From the NCBI GenBank assembly GCA_030141605.1, contig JAQGDQ010000160.1, positions 62,001 through 126,000 on the forward strand: a stretch of 64,000 nt of DNA. Direction: 5' to 3'. The translations under genes and the position numbers were made by a program. The notes under the pieces are model-generated. The model did not search any database, was not told where the DNA came from, and was given only the letters and a program-made list of their open reading frames with translations. This DNA is from Tubiluchus corallicola (Eukaryota > Animalia > Priapulida). Positions within the stretch are counted from its first letter, which is position 1. Every line of letters starts with the position of its first letter. Positions 1 through 15,200 of this stretch are shown here, piece after piece.

Positions 1-1553
1 CTGCCCTTAACTCAACAACTTTTGAAGCATTTCTTTTCAGTTTTTCGTGTTGATGCTATATCATACACGAAATCATGCAAAATAATGATGTAAGAATTTC
101 CAAAAATGTCAAGTGAGCCCAACATGAATAATGCACATATGAATTTGATTTTAGTGCTAGATTTTGCTATTTTTCAATAAGTTATCAGACTAGTCACTTT
201 TCCAACTGGTGTCTTCCCTTAATATGAAACAAATCACTTAACTTGGGATTGAAAAAGTCTTGCTGATATGCAATGACACTGCAAGTAAGTTTTACTTTGA
301 TTTGTGCTGTGTTTAATGCACCATGCTGTCTTTACAGAACAATAGTCTCACTTCCAAACTTTTATGTTACATAATACTTATCGCTTAATCCACTATTTTC
401 TAGAGGTAGGCACTCTGTCTAACACAGAAGATGAATAAAACCCACAGTAACACTTCACTTTTTAACCTTTGCAACGTATCATTCAATATAGGTTCTTATA
501 TCTGTGATACCCAACGGGTCAGGACCCAAACTTGGATAATGATCTACCTACGCTTTATGCATTCATAATGAAGTTGGCACTTGTTACTCAAATGGTTGGA
601 ACTGTTCCGAATTACCAATCTGCATTAAATGCTGTCAAATTAATTCTCTACATTTAAGATGAATAGTTACTGAAATTTTTATTAAAATGTGAGCTATGAT
701 GTCTTATTAATCAGTCACAATTTTTACAATCTTATCTCATTCTCGATATACAAAAATTAAAGAAATAAAGCGTAAGTAATAATTTGAATTAGCCTAAAAC
801 TTGCAAGCTTCATCAAGTTTTAAGAGAAGCAAATCAAATAAAGAACATGAATCTTTTTCTTGTAATTTTTATTCATTTTGCTGAAAAATCATGATAAAAA
901 GAAATAAAAAATGCTGAAACATTACAATAAAATTTCGCTAAATCAAAAAGATTACCTCACTCGACGCTAGCAAATAAAATACCTTGTCAAATTCATTGAA
1001 AATCTGGTGCATAGAATCACTGGTACGCATTACTTATTAACTTTCGCTATTTTTATGTGAAAAATGTACACAGCATAATTAAGTTTTTCTAAGCTACTTA
1101 TATCCAAGTTTTACACTACAGCCAATCATTCTTGTAGCTCTTTCATCTAACTTTGACAGGGAGTTATAAACTGCTGATTCTACTTAGTTCAGTAAGCTAT
1201 AAACAACAGACAAAAGCTAAATGAAACCCATGAAGATCTCTAAAATTTGCAGTTGCCGTAATTAGTGTTCTAACCCACCACCAAGGCTATCCTGCAATTT
1301 AATTAAATATATGAATTCATTACAGACACTAGAATAACTAACCCGGTGCTTAACAACCTTATTAAAGAAAGCCCTTTATGTACCTTCATTTCATACAAGA
1401 TTATATAAAAAAAACTACTGGACCATTACGTCAGTGCTTACATAAAAAAATCACAAAGTGCAACAAAAACCCAACAAAATATGTTTCTGCTTTTACAAGA
1501 TAAACAAGCAGAAATTAACAGGCCAGCAGTAAAAGTATCCAACACAACCTTGC

Positions 1554-4500
1554 TTATTCCACAAGCTCTACATAGTTAGCAGGAAATAGTCCATAGTCTC
1601 CACTTGGACCAAATCCGCGCCACCATCCTGGATCTATCTGATCTACATGAGTGATAATGTCGTCTGGATCAAATGTTATCTCTGTTTCATCAGCTAGAAA
1701 ATTATAAAAAAGAGTAAACTTTATGTAAATAGTAATATATTCACAACCATTTCAGTTTTTTACAGGCAATAAAAAAGATCAGTCTCAAGGCACCTATTTT
1801 GTTTCAATCAATGGCAAATAAGTGACAGTCTTTTAGCTGCATAAAATAAATGAGAAAAAGAAGAAACATAAATGGCCATAGAACAGTGCTCCTCATCATA
1901 AATTTAATGGCACATGTAAACAAATTATTGTTACTGCACAGTACAAGCAATACTGCAAAAGAACAGATAATTTTGTTGGCTTTTTTTTCAAACGACGCAT
2001 GCTTCTTTGACTAAGAAATACTGCAGGAACAATTGTTACCACTATCATTATCAGTACAGAGTGGCAGATGTAAGTAAAAAAGTCCAGTTAGTATAGAGTT
2101 ATTCACCTTGTAAAATCACTGCCATTTTTAGAAAGCGAGTAATTTTTTTTATACACAATATTACATTTTGTACGTAAACTCAGCGTCCAGTCGTTCAAAT
2201 CTTTCCATTTTCAATGGTGTCAGAAATCATATTATACCAATGTAGTTATTGACATACATCATCTGAGTAATGCAAAAGCTCATTTTCAGTTATTAAAATT
2301 TTAACGCATTACAGGTAATTGTCTTTTATGCAGATTTTACGAAGTCTTTTAATTGGGTGAAAATGTACTAGTACCACAAAGACAGATAAGTCGCTTAAGA
2401 TACAACTTCGATGAGCCAAAATGCACACACCTATCAAGAGTGGTCTGTTAAATGGCAAACGACTAGTGTTGGGGATAAACTGATACTGTAAAGTGCTGCC
2501 ACCTTTTAGGCCTTTAGGACTTGAATGAATTTCTTTCTTTAAATTTGTTAGCCTGTACTTATATTCTCAGGTGATTCAATCTGGTTTTATGCAGATATCA
2601 GTAAGACAGTAGACTGTTACACTGTCTAGGTGTTTGCTATCTGTTTATACTTAATTTAGCCAAATTCAATGATTTGATAAATGCTTGTGACCTGTTTCTG
2701 CAGTTTTCTGATGCCTTTAAGTTTAAATGCCAGGGCTGGCCAATATACATAAGTTAGATATGATTATTATTAATTTTTTTTTGGATTACTTAATCTCTTT
2801 GAACTTCTATTTCATGTAGCAGTTTACTACTTTACAATTGTTGTAATTTGTAAAAATTGTGTAATTCACACCTAAATGATTTAATATTTTATAATAATCT
2901 TGTATAATCACCTGAATTTGCAAAATGCTTTTATTTTATTTTCTCAGAATAAATAACCATTAGCAAGCCAAAGCGGAATTTGGAGTTTTGTTTTGGGACA
3001 TTCCGTCAGCTACAACTAGGTCACTAAGCACTTAACAGTGAAAAAGGTGCATACATCTTTATGGCTGGTAGGTAAGCATGCTCATAATCTTAGTAATGCT
3101 CACTGTAATTCTCTGTTATCGCATCAGAGCTCACAGAACAGCAAGTGCCACAGATCGTAAACAGGACATGCATGCTCATAAAAGTGTATGTTCACTGTTC
3201 ATAAAATACTGAAAGGTACTTTACAAGGAAATAAAGTTTATGTCTCTTGCATTTTATTATATTAGTTTGCACGCATGCAATAAAGTACATATACAAACAA
3301 CATGTCTTTTTTCCCTAGTGCTCAGTCAGCGATATTCTACTGAAACTAATTCCATAAACAATTTAGTTTACTAAAAGAAGTTCTCTTTGCATTGGGGAAC
3401 GTTTTGTGTACATATGCTACATAATGCAAGCGGCTCACCAGCTTGATAGTCATACAGTGCTCGAGCACTGACATTTGTGTATGGAATGTCATACTCTTCT
3501 TCCTCCTCAGCCTCGGGTGGCTCCTCTAAGACAGCCTCGTAACCAGGATGTTCTTGTTCTGATCCATTAATCTAGTAGTAAATAATTAAAAATTGCAAAC
3601 TGTGAATGCACATATTAATATGCATTGTAATAAAACTTAATAAGAAATCTATTTTATTGACCTAATGATTAAAATCATTTTGATAATAAAATATTCGGAT
3701 GCAATAAACATTATTATGAGAAAAATTTAGAAATATAAGTTCCACTTATTACTGTGATTGTAAAACAAACTAAAACACATTAACCAATGATGCAAAAAAT
3801 TAACCACGCAACTGTGAGGTTTCAAATAAGCAATGAATGACAAAAACACGATGAATAACTACAAGGTGGAACCCTGTTACATAGGTACAATTTTTGTGGA
3901 AGTGCAACTTGTTTGTAGTAGAATATGTTTAGTAAAGTAACAGAAAAAATTTAAAAATATTCTTACAAATGAACCATTAAAGGCACTTTAGTACCTGTTC
4001 TGATGCAAAAACTTCTTGTTCGAGTTCATGATGATGCTCTTCCTCACCAATAGATGTTCGCAGTGCTTCCTCGATCAAATGTTTTTCTTTTTCCTCAGTT
4101 ACTACCGGTCCCTCTTCCAAAGGAGGGGCTACAAACAAGAAAAGTCCACATCGGTTAAACCACAACTGCTTGCAAAAGGTGTGGCTTTGTGATAAATCAT
4201 GCACCTGTGTAAATGAAACTGCTTAGCTCAACTTCATTCCATCTATTACAAAATACATTACTTCAGAGAAAATTTGAATTTAAGTCACCCATCCAGGGTC
4301 ATTCATTACCCCTCTGAGAAAATCCACTGTAGATTCAGTAAGTCAAAATTCAAGGATCCATCACTTGAAAATCAGCTTGAAAAGTTTTTACCAGCCAGTA
4401 ATATCAATCAAACAAACAAGTTAGTCTACACTATTCTCAAAGGCACTCATGCGTTGTAAATATGAATTATGCTGCAATGTTTAAATAGTTCAAAAAAATT

Positions 4501-7500
4501 ATACCTTCCCAGTCTTGTTCCTCTTCTTCCTCTGGACTTTCTACACGCAGTGGGAGGCCTTCTGTTAGCAAATTCCTGGCATGTGGTTCTGTTGTAGGCT
4601 CAGCTGTACTCTTAGGTGGGCTAGCTACCCGATGAGGTGATGTTTCTCCTCTTGTAGGACTTGGTTCTCTTCTTGGTGGGCTCGGTTCTCTTATTGGCGG
4701 ACTTGGTTCCTTTCTTGGTGGACTTGGTTCTCTTAGTCCTATTAGCTGTTTTGAAGATTCTATAGGAGAAACTGGTTGTTTTGGAGAGATCTGTTCTGCA
4801 GATGGGTGAGAAGTTCTTTCTTTTACTTTTGGAGGCTCTTTCTATATAAATTGGAAAGTACTTTCAAAATTCTATTACAAATTAAACATTTTAAGATCAA
4901 GTTTAAAATGTAGTGAAAAGCAAGGTAAAAAGGAATTTAATTATTTGACCTTCAAATACTTCAAGTTTTAATTCGAGAGCATTATTTCACTAAATCTTAC
5001 AAAATAAGTCATGTTTTTACAACATAAAACAGAGTGAAGTGCTAAAATATTTTTGAACATACCAAATGCTATTCTTTATAAATAGAAAACAAAAAGTGTA
5101 AATTGGTGTGTGTGTTTACTGTTTAGTACGAAAAATACAATAAAAAGTATTTTGGAAATTTCTGTGTATTTTTCAAATATTTGCAAAACATAAAGCTTTT
5201 CTTGAAGCAATCATTAAATGGCGTTATTCAAAACGTGAGCAAGTGAAACCGTAACAGGTCATGATGTATGCTTGACTTAAGTGTTAAGCAATGGCAAAAT
5301 AATTGCCTAGGCATTTAAAAGATTATATCCAAGCATCTATTAATGGAATGGAGATTTGGGCAAGCAACAAGAAAAGTCAAGGAGTGTGCATGGCTACAAG
5401 TTAAGCAATACCAAGTGGGTTAGTAAATGCATGGATTATACCTTCCAAGTCTATCTTTACCTATTTCTCTTGTTGAGAGAGGTCAGGCATATAAGTTGCT
5501 AGGATACGAGTGCAGTGTCTCATTTTAGAACACAAATAGTAAAAAAAACAGTGGTTAAAAATGACTTAAAAAAATTGGTGACAAACAGAAAAAATGGCTA
5601 GCTGTTAAATTGAAGTGAAACTATAAGATAACATGCAGAAAACAGAATCCATTGTGAATAAGGGAATAAGGATAAGTGATCCTGGAAAATGACAAAAAAT
5701 TGCAGATTCAGCAAAATGATTGCACATTTTCACCCATGTTCTCCAGTGATATTATAATATTATATTATCAAGCCATACAAGACAGTGTGTACGCACTTCT
5801 ACTTCATGCTCATGTCGAGCCTGCCAATCTCGCAGCACCTTCTCTTCAGAGGGTTTGCGCTGTCTCTGAGCAGCTGGGGTGATATGCCTTTCAAATACAG
5901 CACGAGGATCATTCTCCCGTTGCTGCACCAACTCCTGTGCTTCCTGTATAAAAAAAGCTTTATGTATAATAATTTAGTTACATTCTAATTCTTAAGCAGT
6001 TATCAAAATGTAAAATGATGTAGTTACCTGAAATCTCTTTTTGACATACACAATAAATTTGCCTGAACCAAAAACAGATAACATTAAATGCAATAACAAG
6101 TAATAAAATTTGAATTGAACAGCTACAAACTGCATATCCCTTATAAGACAATATCTAAAACAACATTAAAGGTCCCATGACAATTCAAATTCGTAACTAT
6201 TTAAAAATTTTCAATCTTTAAGGCTAATTCAAAGTTGTAATTACATATTATGTTTCCTTTCTCAACTTTCAGTTTTATTGCTCTTATACCATTGCTATTA
6301 TTACATTATTTACTTCATCATTATTTACATTATTAAGTTATCTACAGAAGCATGCATAATTATAATCATTATTTTTAATTAAGTGAGTGTGTTAATGACC
6401 GTATGGCCACACTACTCAAATTATTTTATTTTAAATTTATTGATGTGTTTGATATTGATTTTTTTGTTGTGTGAAATAAAAATTCATAGTTCATAGTTCA
6501 TAACACTATTTTGTATGCATTTTCTCTTAAGGATTGACAGTATGACATATTTCTTAGCTTTTAAAACAGTTCTGATGCATACTTTTATGTGCTATAGTAA
6601 CTTAAATTGCACGTCATTAGTACTACAGCAAATACGACAGCCCTCCATGACACTGAATACTACTACGTCACATAAAGCAGAGATTATTAGTAGAACTACA
6701 ATAAGCAGCCAGTGAGCAGAGCAGAACGGTCAGTTAATGGTATTTACCATTTACCAGATATCCAGACAGGCTCACTCCTTATTTGAGTGAATCCCATCTT
6801 ACTGGCAGCACATTTCACTGAGTGCTATAAACACTGGAAACATCAATTTCATCAGCAATACTTTCAAGTATTGTAGAAAAATCGAGCTTGACTGCTAAAG
6901 TTGATTGGAAATTGGTAATATTGCAAACTGGTTCTGGAGATTAATAATGTTGAAAGTTAAGACAATTAATCTCGGTTATCATCATTTAAAGTAAACGGTA
7001 GGACGCATTACAACAATTCTAAATTAATTACCTGCAGCCGGTGTTTACGTTGTGCATCTGCTCGTTTCCTCTCTCTTTCATATTGCTTCTCTGCCTCTTT
7101 TTGAGCTTGCTCCTGCATATTGCATTTTGGATATGTAAGAAATATTTACAAGATATGCTTCTTTCAAAAATATTATTTTTAGTCACAGTGTAGAAACAAT
7201 GTATAAAGCATAAGACATTCTTGTAGGAGAACATGATGATTTTTCACACTTTATACCACTTTGAAATGCGGTAAAAAGTATGCATTTTAACACGTATAAT
7301 AATGCCAAAGCATTTCTGATAATTAAATAATAAGTTAAAAACTTAATAAATGGGAAGTGAAACCCAGCTAATGATGACATCACAAATGTAAATAATTTTC
7401 AACAGCATAAATAACAGTACAACATACAGTGTGATATACTAAAACTCAGCACATTTTAAGTTTAAAATTCAAATTCCAAGTTTACTGCTGTGCTCATGCG

Positions 7501-10500
7501 TGAGCTTCCAAACACCTCTGAACTAAAGAGTGCAGCACATGTTTTTTGTGCGATACATTTCAGAGATGTAGGCGCTAGTTTCTGTCTAACTAGTGAATGG
7601 TGAAATTCATGTAACAGCGAAGAACTAGCTGTGTGATCGCAAAAGTATATCTCTGTGGTAATAATTCTTTTGAGTAAGTCATACTTGAAAAACTAGTACG
7701 TTCTCTTGCAATATTTTATAGAGTAGATTGTTCTGAGTTATAGTTTGAAAATGGTTTTCCTTAAGGTCATAGCACTCTAATTTGAATGAAGAATTGAAGT
7801 TTAAGTACCAAACAAACGAAAAACCATCAAACATTCAAACAATATTTTTATTCTTAGGAAGCGTAAAGACCAAATTTCTTATAAAGGGTCACAATACTTA
7901 CATATTTTTCCTTCTCTTTGTGGGACAAGTCATGACTTGCTTGTTTCTCAGCTTCTCGAAGAGCCCTAATCGACTCTGCACGTTCTCTTGTTCTTTTCTC
8001 ACGCTCATTGGCTTCCTTTTCCTAAGCGAAAAGATTCAGTAAATTGTTTCTTTTAATAATATGATTTCACAAAATGGTTTACCTCTGAATTTCTATATAA
8101 AAAAATTACTTTCAAAATAAAGTGTGGCAAGACATGATTTAGAAGCTGCAGAATAATTAGTTCGATAAAACATAATATTGATTTTCTTTGAATGAAATGA
8201 TACATTTTAAAAAACCACTTCAAAAATATGATTGATTTACATTTGACTCAAAACTGATTGATTTTGCTATTTTTAAACACTTTGTTGACAGATATAAGGA
8301 ATAACGAATAAACTTGCAAAAACTTCTTTTCTTGACAACTGACGATAGCTTTCGATTACAACACTGTGATAGTTATAATTGTCAGAATTAAAACTAACAA
8401 GCATCATATTATAGTATCTTTAAGAACAAGGACTAATAGGAATAGTAAAAAACAAATATTATATAACCATATTTAAAAGATAAATAAATTGCTCAAATAC
8501 AATTAATAACACTAATGTGCTCTGTGTACTAATAACATAATACATTATAAAGTTGAATATCCTATAAAATGTTTTCATACCTCCCTTGCTAGACGATCTT
8601 TTTCAAATTTTTCACTTTGTTCTTGTGCCCGCTTCTTCTCTTCTTCTCTTCTTTTCCTTTCTTCTGCCTGCAAAAAAGAATAACATATGACGAATTTCAA
8701 AAACCTTATGACCACGTAAGAGACAAAAAAGGCAAATGGGTGAGGAGAAAGGTAAGCTATAAGGAACAGAAAAACACCTTTACATAGAGTGGTCAAATGC
8801 TAATACTCAAAGCAGACCCTTAAAATATAGCTAATGCGTGAAACATGAAAATAACATAAAACTGCCTTGAAACTTGCATCATCTCTGGCACACAGAAATT
8901 AATGGCTATCAGCAGAAATACATCTTTATAGTATTATAGTATTGTACAAAAGACTCTTGATGCTGCCTCCATAAAATCAAACAAATTCTTGAAATTTTCG
9001 AAATTCACCTCTGTCTTCTCCCAAAATTCATCTCTGGCCTTGACGTCTATGTCCTTTTCAGCCTTGATTCGTTTATACACCGATCCCTACAATACAAAAC
9101 AAAATACTAAACATGTAACACTGCCTCCTGGATTCATTAACACACCATATAATAGTTAAGGCAGGTACTAACACTTTTTTGGTGAAGAACTTGCAATAGC
9201 TACAGATTCTAAATATCAGAAGCATAAATGCCATGACACTGCAGAAACAGATGACTATTACAAGAATGTTTTGACTGTGCTACAGCAAAGCAGCTCATAT
9301 TTGTTAAAATAACAATTTGCACCAACTACACAAGTCACAAAAATAATCACATTCAAAAACTTCACTAGCTAGCATCTGTGATTAATCTTCCAACATTCAT
9401 GAATCATGACTAGAAGCTGTAGCTTTGCATAAATCCATGATGCCAAAAATACTTACAACTGGCTTCGTCTGCAGTGGTGGTTTTGGCTTTTCCCGGAAGT
9501 TAAATGAGGAAACAGTAGATTTTGAGACTTTATCTAATATGCTGGCAATATCGATGTCATCTTCTGTTCGTGCATTCATTGTGACATGGGCACCCTAATA
9601 AAAATTCTTTTTAAAATAAATATGAAGAAAATTTCAAGTTATAATAACATAATTTCTATAAATGTTTGAAACTATAAAATAGATTTTGCTAAACATGTCA
9701 TATATGATGTATGTATTTCCAATTAATATCAGTTTGTTTCAGTTTCTAAAAAACGCACTTAAACCCAACTGCCAACTGCACTCACTTACTGTTTTGATAG
9801 GCATGTGAATAAACAACATAATTATCAACGTGTTTGCAAAATGTTGCAAAAGCACCGGAACATTTACACAAAGCCCTTATTACAATACAGTCTGGATAAA
9901 CTAAATATTAAATAAGGAGAAAAATCAATTGGAAAAATTTTGATACTCACCCGAAAGAAATTGGTAATGTCTCGGACATGATTCGCACAGATACCCTTCC
10001 TCGACATAGGAGCGCCTTCCCCTTGCTACATGTGATAAATAAAATATTTCTTTATTTTTTTATATATTTTGTCAAGAACATACAATAGCAGCAACTTCCA
10101 AAACTTATTACTACTACTTGTCACGACCACAAGTAGAAGCCATTAATTAATCCCACATACTTTAAAACTTGTTACAGCTATGAGTGACGACCAACACAAC
10201 AGACTATTTATACGTGCAAATATGATTGCAAAGTTACAACTTTAGACAGGTACACTTGAGGAATATGTAAACTTCTTATCTGGTAATTGTACAAACAACA
10301 GAAGAAACTGATCAGTCTTGTTCACATTGCAAATCTCTTTGTAGCTTCTTACTATTCTACTGCTATACTTAATTTACAATGAATGCTTAAATAATTCCAA
10401 TTTAGTTATCAATGTTCAATCAGCTACAGAGGAAAACTACTAAAAGGACCATGAATCTATTATATATTATTACCACTATACGAAATTCTTTATATCAAGA

Positions 10501-12167
10501 ATTAACTGATTTTTACCTAAAATCCAACATTATTTATAAAAATTTTTATATTAAATGAGAACACTCCAAGAACACGTTGCAGAATCGTTTACAATTTTTT
10601 TATAAATAATATTGTGGAATTTTACATAAAAATTCTTATCCCGCTTTGTTAATGACACATTTGTGCACCAAAATCATTTTTTTCTAAACATTTCACTAAA
10701 ACAGTAGTTGTACTAGCATTTTCATAATGTTAGCGGTGAAGTCAGTATACTGGTCTGCAATTTTATAAATTGGTATGGCATAAAATTATAAAAAATTAGA
10801 ATATTTTCAGGAATTTCCTAAATAGTCTAAAAGGAATAGAACTTCTACCAGGGCTGGATTAATTCGTAAGCAGACTCAGCATGTGCTTAGGGTACCAAGG
10901 CTCAGGGGGCACCAAGCTGGCAAAAAAATTGAAAACAGATAAATGTCAATAAAGTATGTTAGACACCATAAAAGTCTATCACCATTTAAAATGTGACGAA
11001 AAGAGTTACATGGGAATGAGGCACTTTGGCTGGGTTGTTTTTCGTATCATTACGTAGCGCAATAGTAGGGTCTTCACCTTTATCACCATGTTTTCAATAA
11101 TTACCATGGCAAGTTAACAACCACAACATCTACAACAGCCATTAACTAAGATTCTGGAGCAGGAAGTTTGGTGAACAATGGCTCATGCAGTGGGGTCATT
11201 TTAATGTCCTCTTTAATACCATTCTTAGATTTTTGCTGTTGAGATCATACCTTCTTTTTTTGTAGCTGATTTATTTAATAAACCCTTTGTTTTGAAGTCA
11301 GTAAAGAATTTAGGTAGTATAATGCAGAGCAATGGAATTTGTTTTATATGTTACATAATTAGTATGGTTTGTTAGTTAGTTTGAGTTTTAGTTATGATTA
11401 GTTAGATTTTAGCTGTGAAGGGAGCCAGGGAACCAGGTGCTGGCTGTGCTTAGGGCACCAAAACACCTTAATCTGGCCCTGACCTACACATAGTAACAAG
11501 AAATCTTGTTGCAATTAAACAGGCTTTCTTTTATTAGATGACTCCAGTCTTTTCTAACTAGTGTAGTTATTCATAGTTCTGCTGATCAGGTACAGTGCAC
11601 ATTTTATGCACAATACTTATCTGAAAACTGATTATTACTACTCATCTAAGTGAGACAGCTATAGCATACATTAATTTGCTACCGTAGCAGCAAAGCAAGT
11701 GTGTCAATTCAGTTTATTTGGACTTTATTTACCAGTTCCACCAGAAAAAGACAAAAGCTAATCTAATCTTACCAAATCTCTGATCTTACAGCCATTGCAA
11801 ATCAGATGCCACAGAAAATTAAATAAAATCAGGCTTCCAAATTAATAAATCTTTACTGTAAAGCATTCTTAAAGAAACAATATTTACACTTAACGCATTT
11901 TAAACTGAAACTTTTTATTATTTTGAGCTGAGTATCATTATTAAAAACAGTGTAGCTTATACATAATTTAAGATAGGCTAAACACTCACCCAATTAATTA
12001 GTACAAACTTATTTAATGTTGTTTTAGGATCTTCAACACGGCAGAATGCATACATAATCTTTGCACTGTTAAGTTCGTCCACCATTTCCTCCAATTCTCC
12101 ATCTGTAAATAATTGATCAAATTTAGTGAAAAGTATACTTACTGCATAGCTTTTCTATGTGAAATAA

Positions 12168-12217
<50 letters not shown>

Positions 12218-15200
12218 CAAATATATATATATATACAACCTGCTATTAACTTCAAAATATGCTATCATTAATTGCGTAAAAATGACCACATGAGTACACT
12301 CAAAATACGCAAATCACACGCGCACACTACAGTTTCATGGAATAAGGAAACAATCTCATAATTGATTTCACAAGTCTCATGTAGAAATATGTCGATCATT
12401 TTTTAATCAACAAAGTGGATAAAACTGTAAAGTGCAAACTATGCAGAAGATGCTACAAATTTATGGAATAGAACAGTATAAATTTCCAATTGTTATTGCT
12501 CATGGGAGATAACGTTTCAAAATACATGTATTATGAACCGGGAAGTTTTGATACAGTTTTCTGTAGTTTACAAGTTTAGCAATAAAGCTAAACCTCAAAA
12601 TGATTTCATTCTTTTGAACTATGTAGATTTGTGATAGGGAATGTTCACTGAATTCACTGAACATTACATTAGCGTAGCACTTCGGCAGTTAAAGTCCTAC
12701 TAAGAAGTTCATTTTAACGATGCTAAACATATGACACTTCTTCTTACTTAACGACGCATGTTTCATTTTAACGCGAATTTTTTACTTTGCTCAAAGCCAT
12801 TTTTTAATTTATCAACAACATTTTTTACTAATTTGAAGCATTAAAACAGCACATATTGCATTATTTTGTTCTAAAAATGCTCTAGTAACCTAAAGCAGTA
12901 TAATTATTATTTATGCTTTTGCTTCCCGACTGGCTGCTACATGCTAACCATTTGCATACTGCGAGATCCATTTGTAATTTATAAACCCAGGGCTTGGTTT
13001 TTACTAGCTCAGTTCTTTATTTTCTATTGAAGTCTTATTTCCATTTAACAATCTTTCGCTAAATGTCATTTAACACATTAGCCTTGTTAAGCAAGTACTT
13101 ACTGCATGTCTATTAGTCAGACGTAACATTTTGTTGAAAACGATATGCTACCAAAATCCAAACATTAATTTGTAATCGACAAATCAAAATCTTGCAAATA
13201 AAAATACAGCATTTTTCAGTAAACAGCCCAACTTCCAACTTACTAATTTATCCTGAAATAAACTGATTTATTTGTTTAAATCATTTTGCGTCACTTTACA
13301 TCTGAAATTATAGATTAGCATCAACTGGCAGAAAAGACATTTTACTGCTAGTAATGAGTGACTTGTTGTTAACGTAATTTGTAATACTTTCAGAAAACAT
13401 GAAAGTAAGAACAGTAAGCACTTTATCTATCAGTAAAAGACCTATAAAAATCTTGAATATAGGATGGTTTGATACTACATTAATATTATAATTTATTAGG
13501 CACTAATATCAGAGGGAAAATTAATAAATTAATTTAAAGACCACAAAGATAACATGTACGCTAGAAAATGAAACCGTATCAAATCAATTTCTTTTATCAT
13601 TTATCAAAATCGCTTTGTAAAATGCTTATCAGAATTAAAAACTTATCAAAACCATAGCACATTTTTTTATCAATTGCTTGTCAAAATCCAGATTGTATTG
13701 AAGCTCCTTGTCTATCGAAATTGTATCGAATTTTTTTGTATCGTTTCCAATCACTAACTAGAACATACCTCCTTTTTCTACAACTTTTAGTGCATTCGAG
13801 TTGGGTTCATAACCGTACACCACCCTAGAAGAAAAAAATCAAAAATCATGTGGCTGTTTATTGTTACTCCTAATCTTAACAGCATTGTCAATGTTACTTT
13901 TGTCAATTTAACACATAAAATACAGGCATCTAAGAAAAGGCAGTTAATGATAGTAAGCATGATAATACTGCCAGGGGTGTAGCAGGGGGTGCAAGCACAC
14001 AAAAAAGGCACCATAACACATACCAAACAATTTTTAACATATACTAATACATTTTAATTTTGTGTTTAAAATCAAAACACAAAGAACATGCGATTTTCAA
14101 GGAAGTACATAACTGTTATTTTGCATTTAAAATTAAAACACATTAAAAAGTTTTTCTCAATGACATTCTTATCAGAAAAAAATCACGATAATATAATTGT
14201 TTTTCTAAATAATCTTAACAACAGACATGATAGAACACCCTCATCATAAAACCTAAAGACAATGAAACTTGTCTTTGCAATATATAATTATCAGTAGGCC
14301 TACCACTAAGCAGTCATGTCTAGACAATCGTGTGACAAGAATATATTATAATAATTAGATGTCGGGCAATTTGACCAACCGGTCTCCAATGTTTTTGACA
14401 TGAGTGTGCATTTACATAACTCATTTGTCAAGGTTGACTGACTGACACTTGGTCTGATATTTGATCCTTGCTTTCAATCAATCAGCCTTGACAAATGAGT
14501 TGCACAAATGCACACTCATTTCAAAAACATTGAAGACATGTTGGTCAAATAAAGTAATGACTCCATTGTTTACCAAAAGCCACTAAGTATGCATAATGAG
14601 CAAAAATTCTGCTGCTTCCATGTAGCGACCTGCAAAATAAATTCACGATTCGTACGAATGTATCCAATAATAAGTAACACCTGCATGAGTGTAACACATT
14701 GCAGATACCTTAACAGATAACAGAAATCAAGATCTACTGTCACAAATCTGTTGAGGTGTTTGAACGATTGGACAAAGGCATTTGACTATCCTTGTCTTCT
14801 AGGAAATGACAAAATGTACACCGACTTCACCCGTGCAGTTGATTCAGTTCCATTCAATCAGTTGTTGCTTAAGCTGGTGTACACTGGTGTTAGAGGTCGG
14901 CTTTTAAGATGGTGTAAGAACTTCTTGTGTTACCATAGCCAGAGAGTTGTGTTAGCTGGAAATTCATTCGGATGGACACGTGTAGAAAGTGGTATCCCAC
15001 AAGGAACTCTTTCGGAACCTTACTGTTTCTTAATCTATGTTGATGACCTCCTCAGATGTCTTAATGGAAAGCCAGTATTGTGTGTAGATGATGTAAAAAT
15101 CTACAAAGTAATACACGCATACCGAGACAGCACCGATCTACAAAACATTGCATTCCAGGTAGAAAGATGGCATGATTTGTACCTATTAACCCCTAAACTG

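Noticed and set aside
5240-5500. Purine-rich stretch as a CR1 3' remnant (RSVHGYKL)
   Set aside because: Only a few residues resemble LINE motifs; too decayed to support.
14172-14247. Box C/D snoRNA (ATGATGA...CTGA on the minus strand)
   Set aside because: No terminal stem, no recognisable C'/D' boxes or rRNA guide; such motifs arise by chance in AT-rich DNA.
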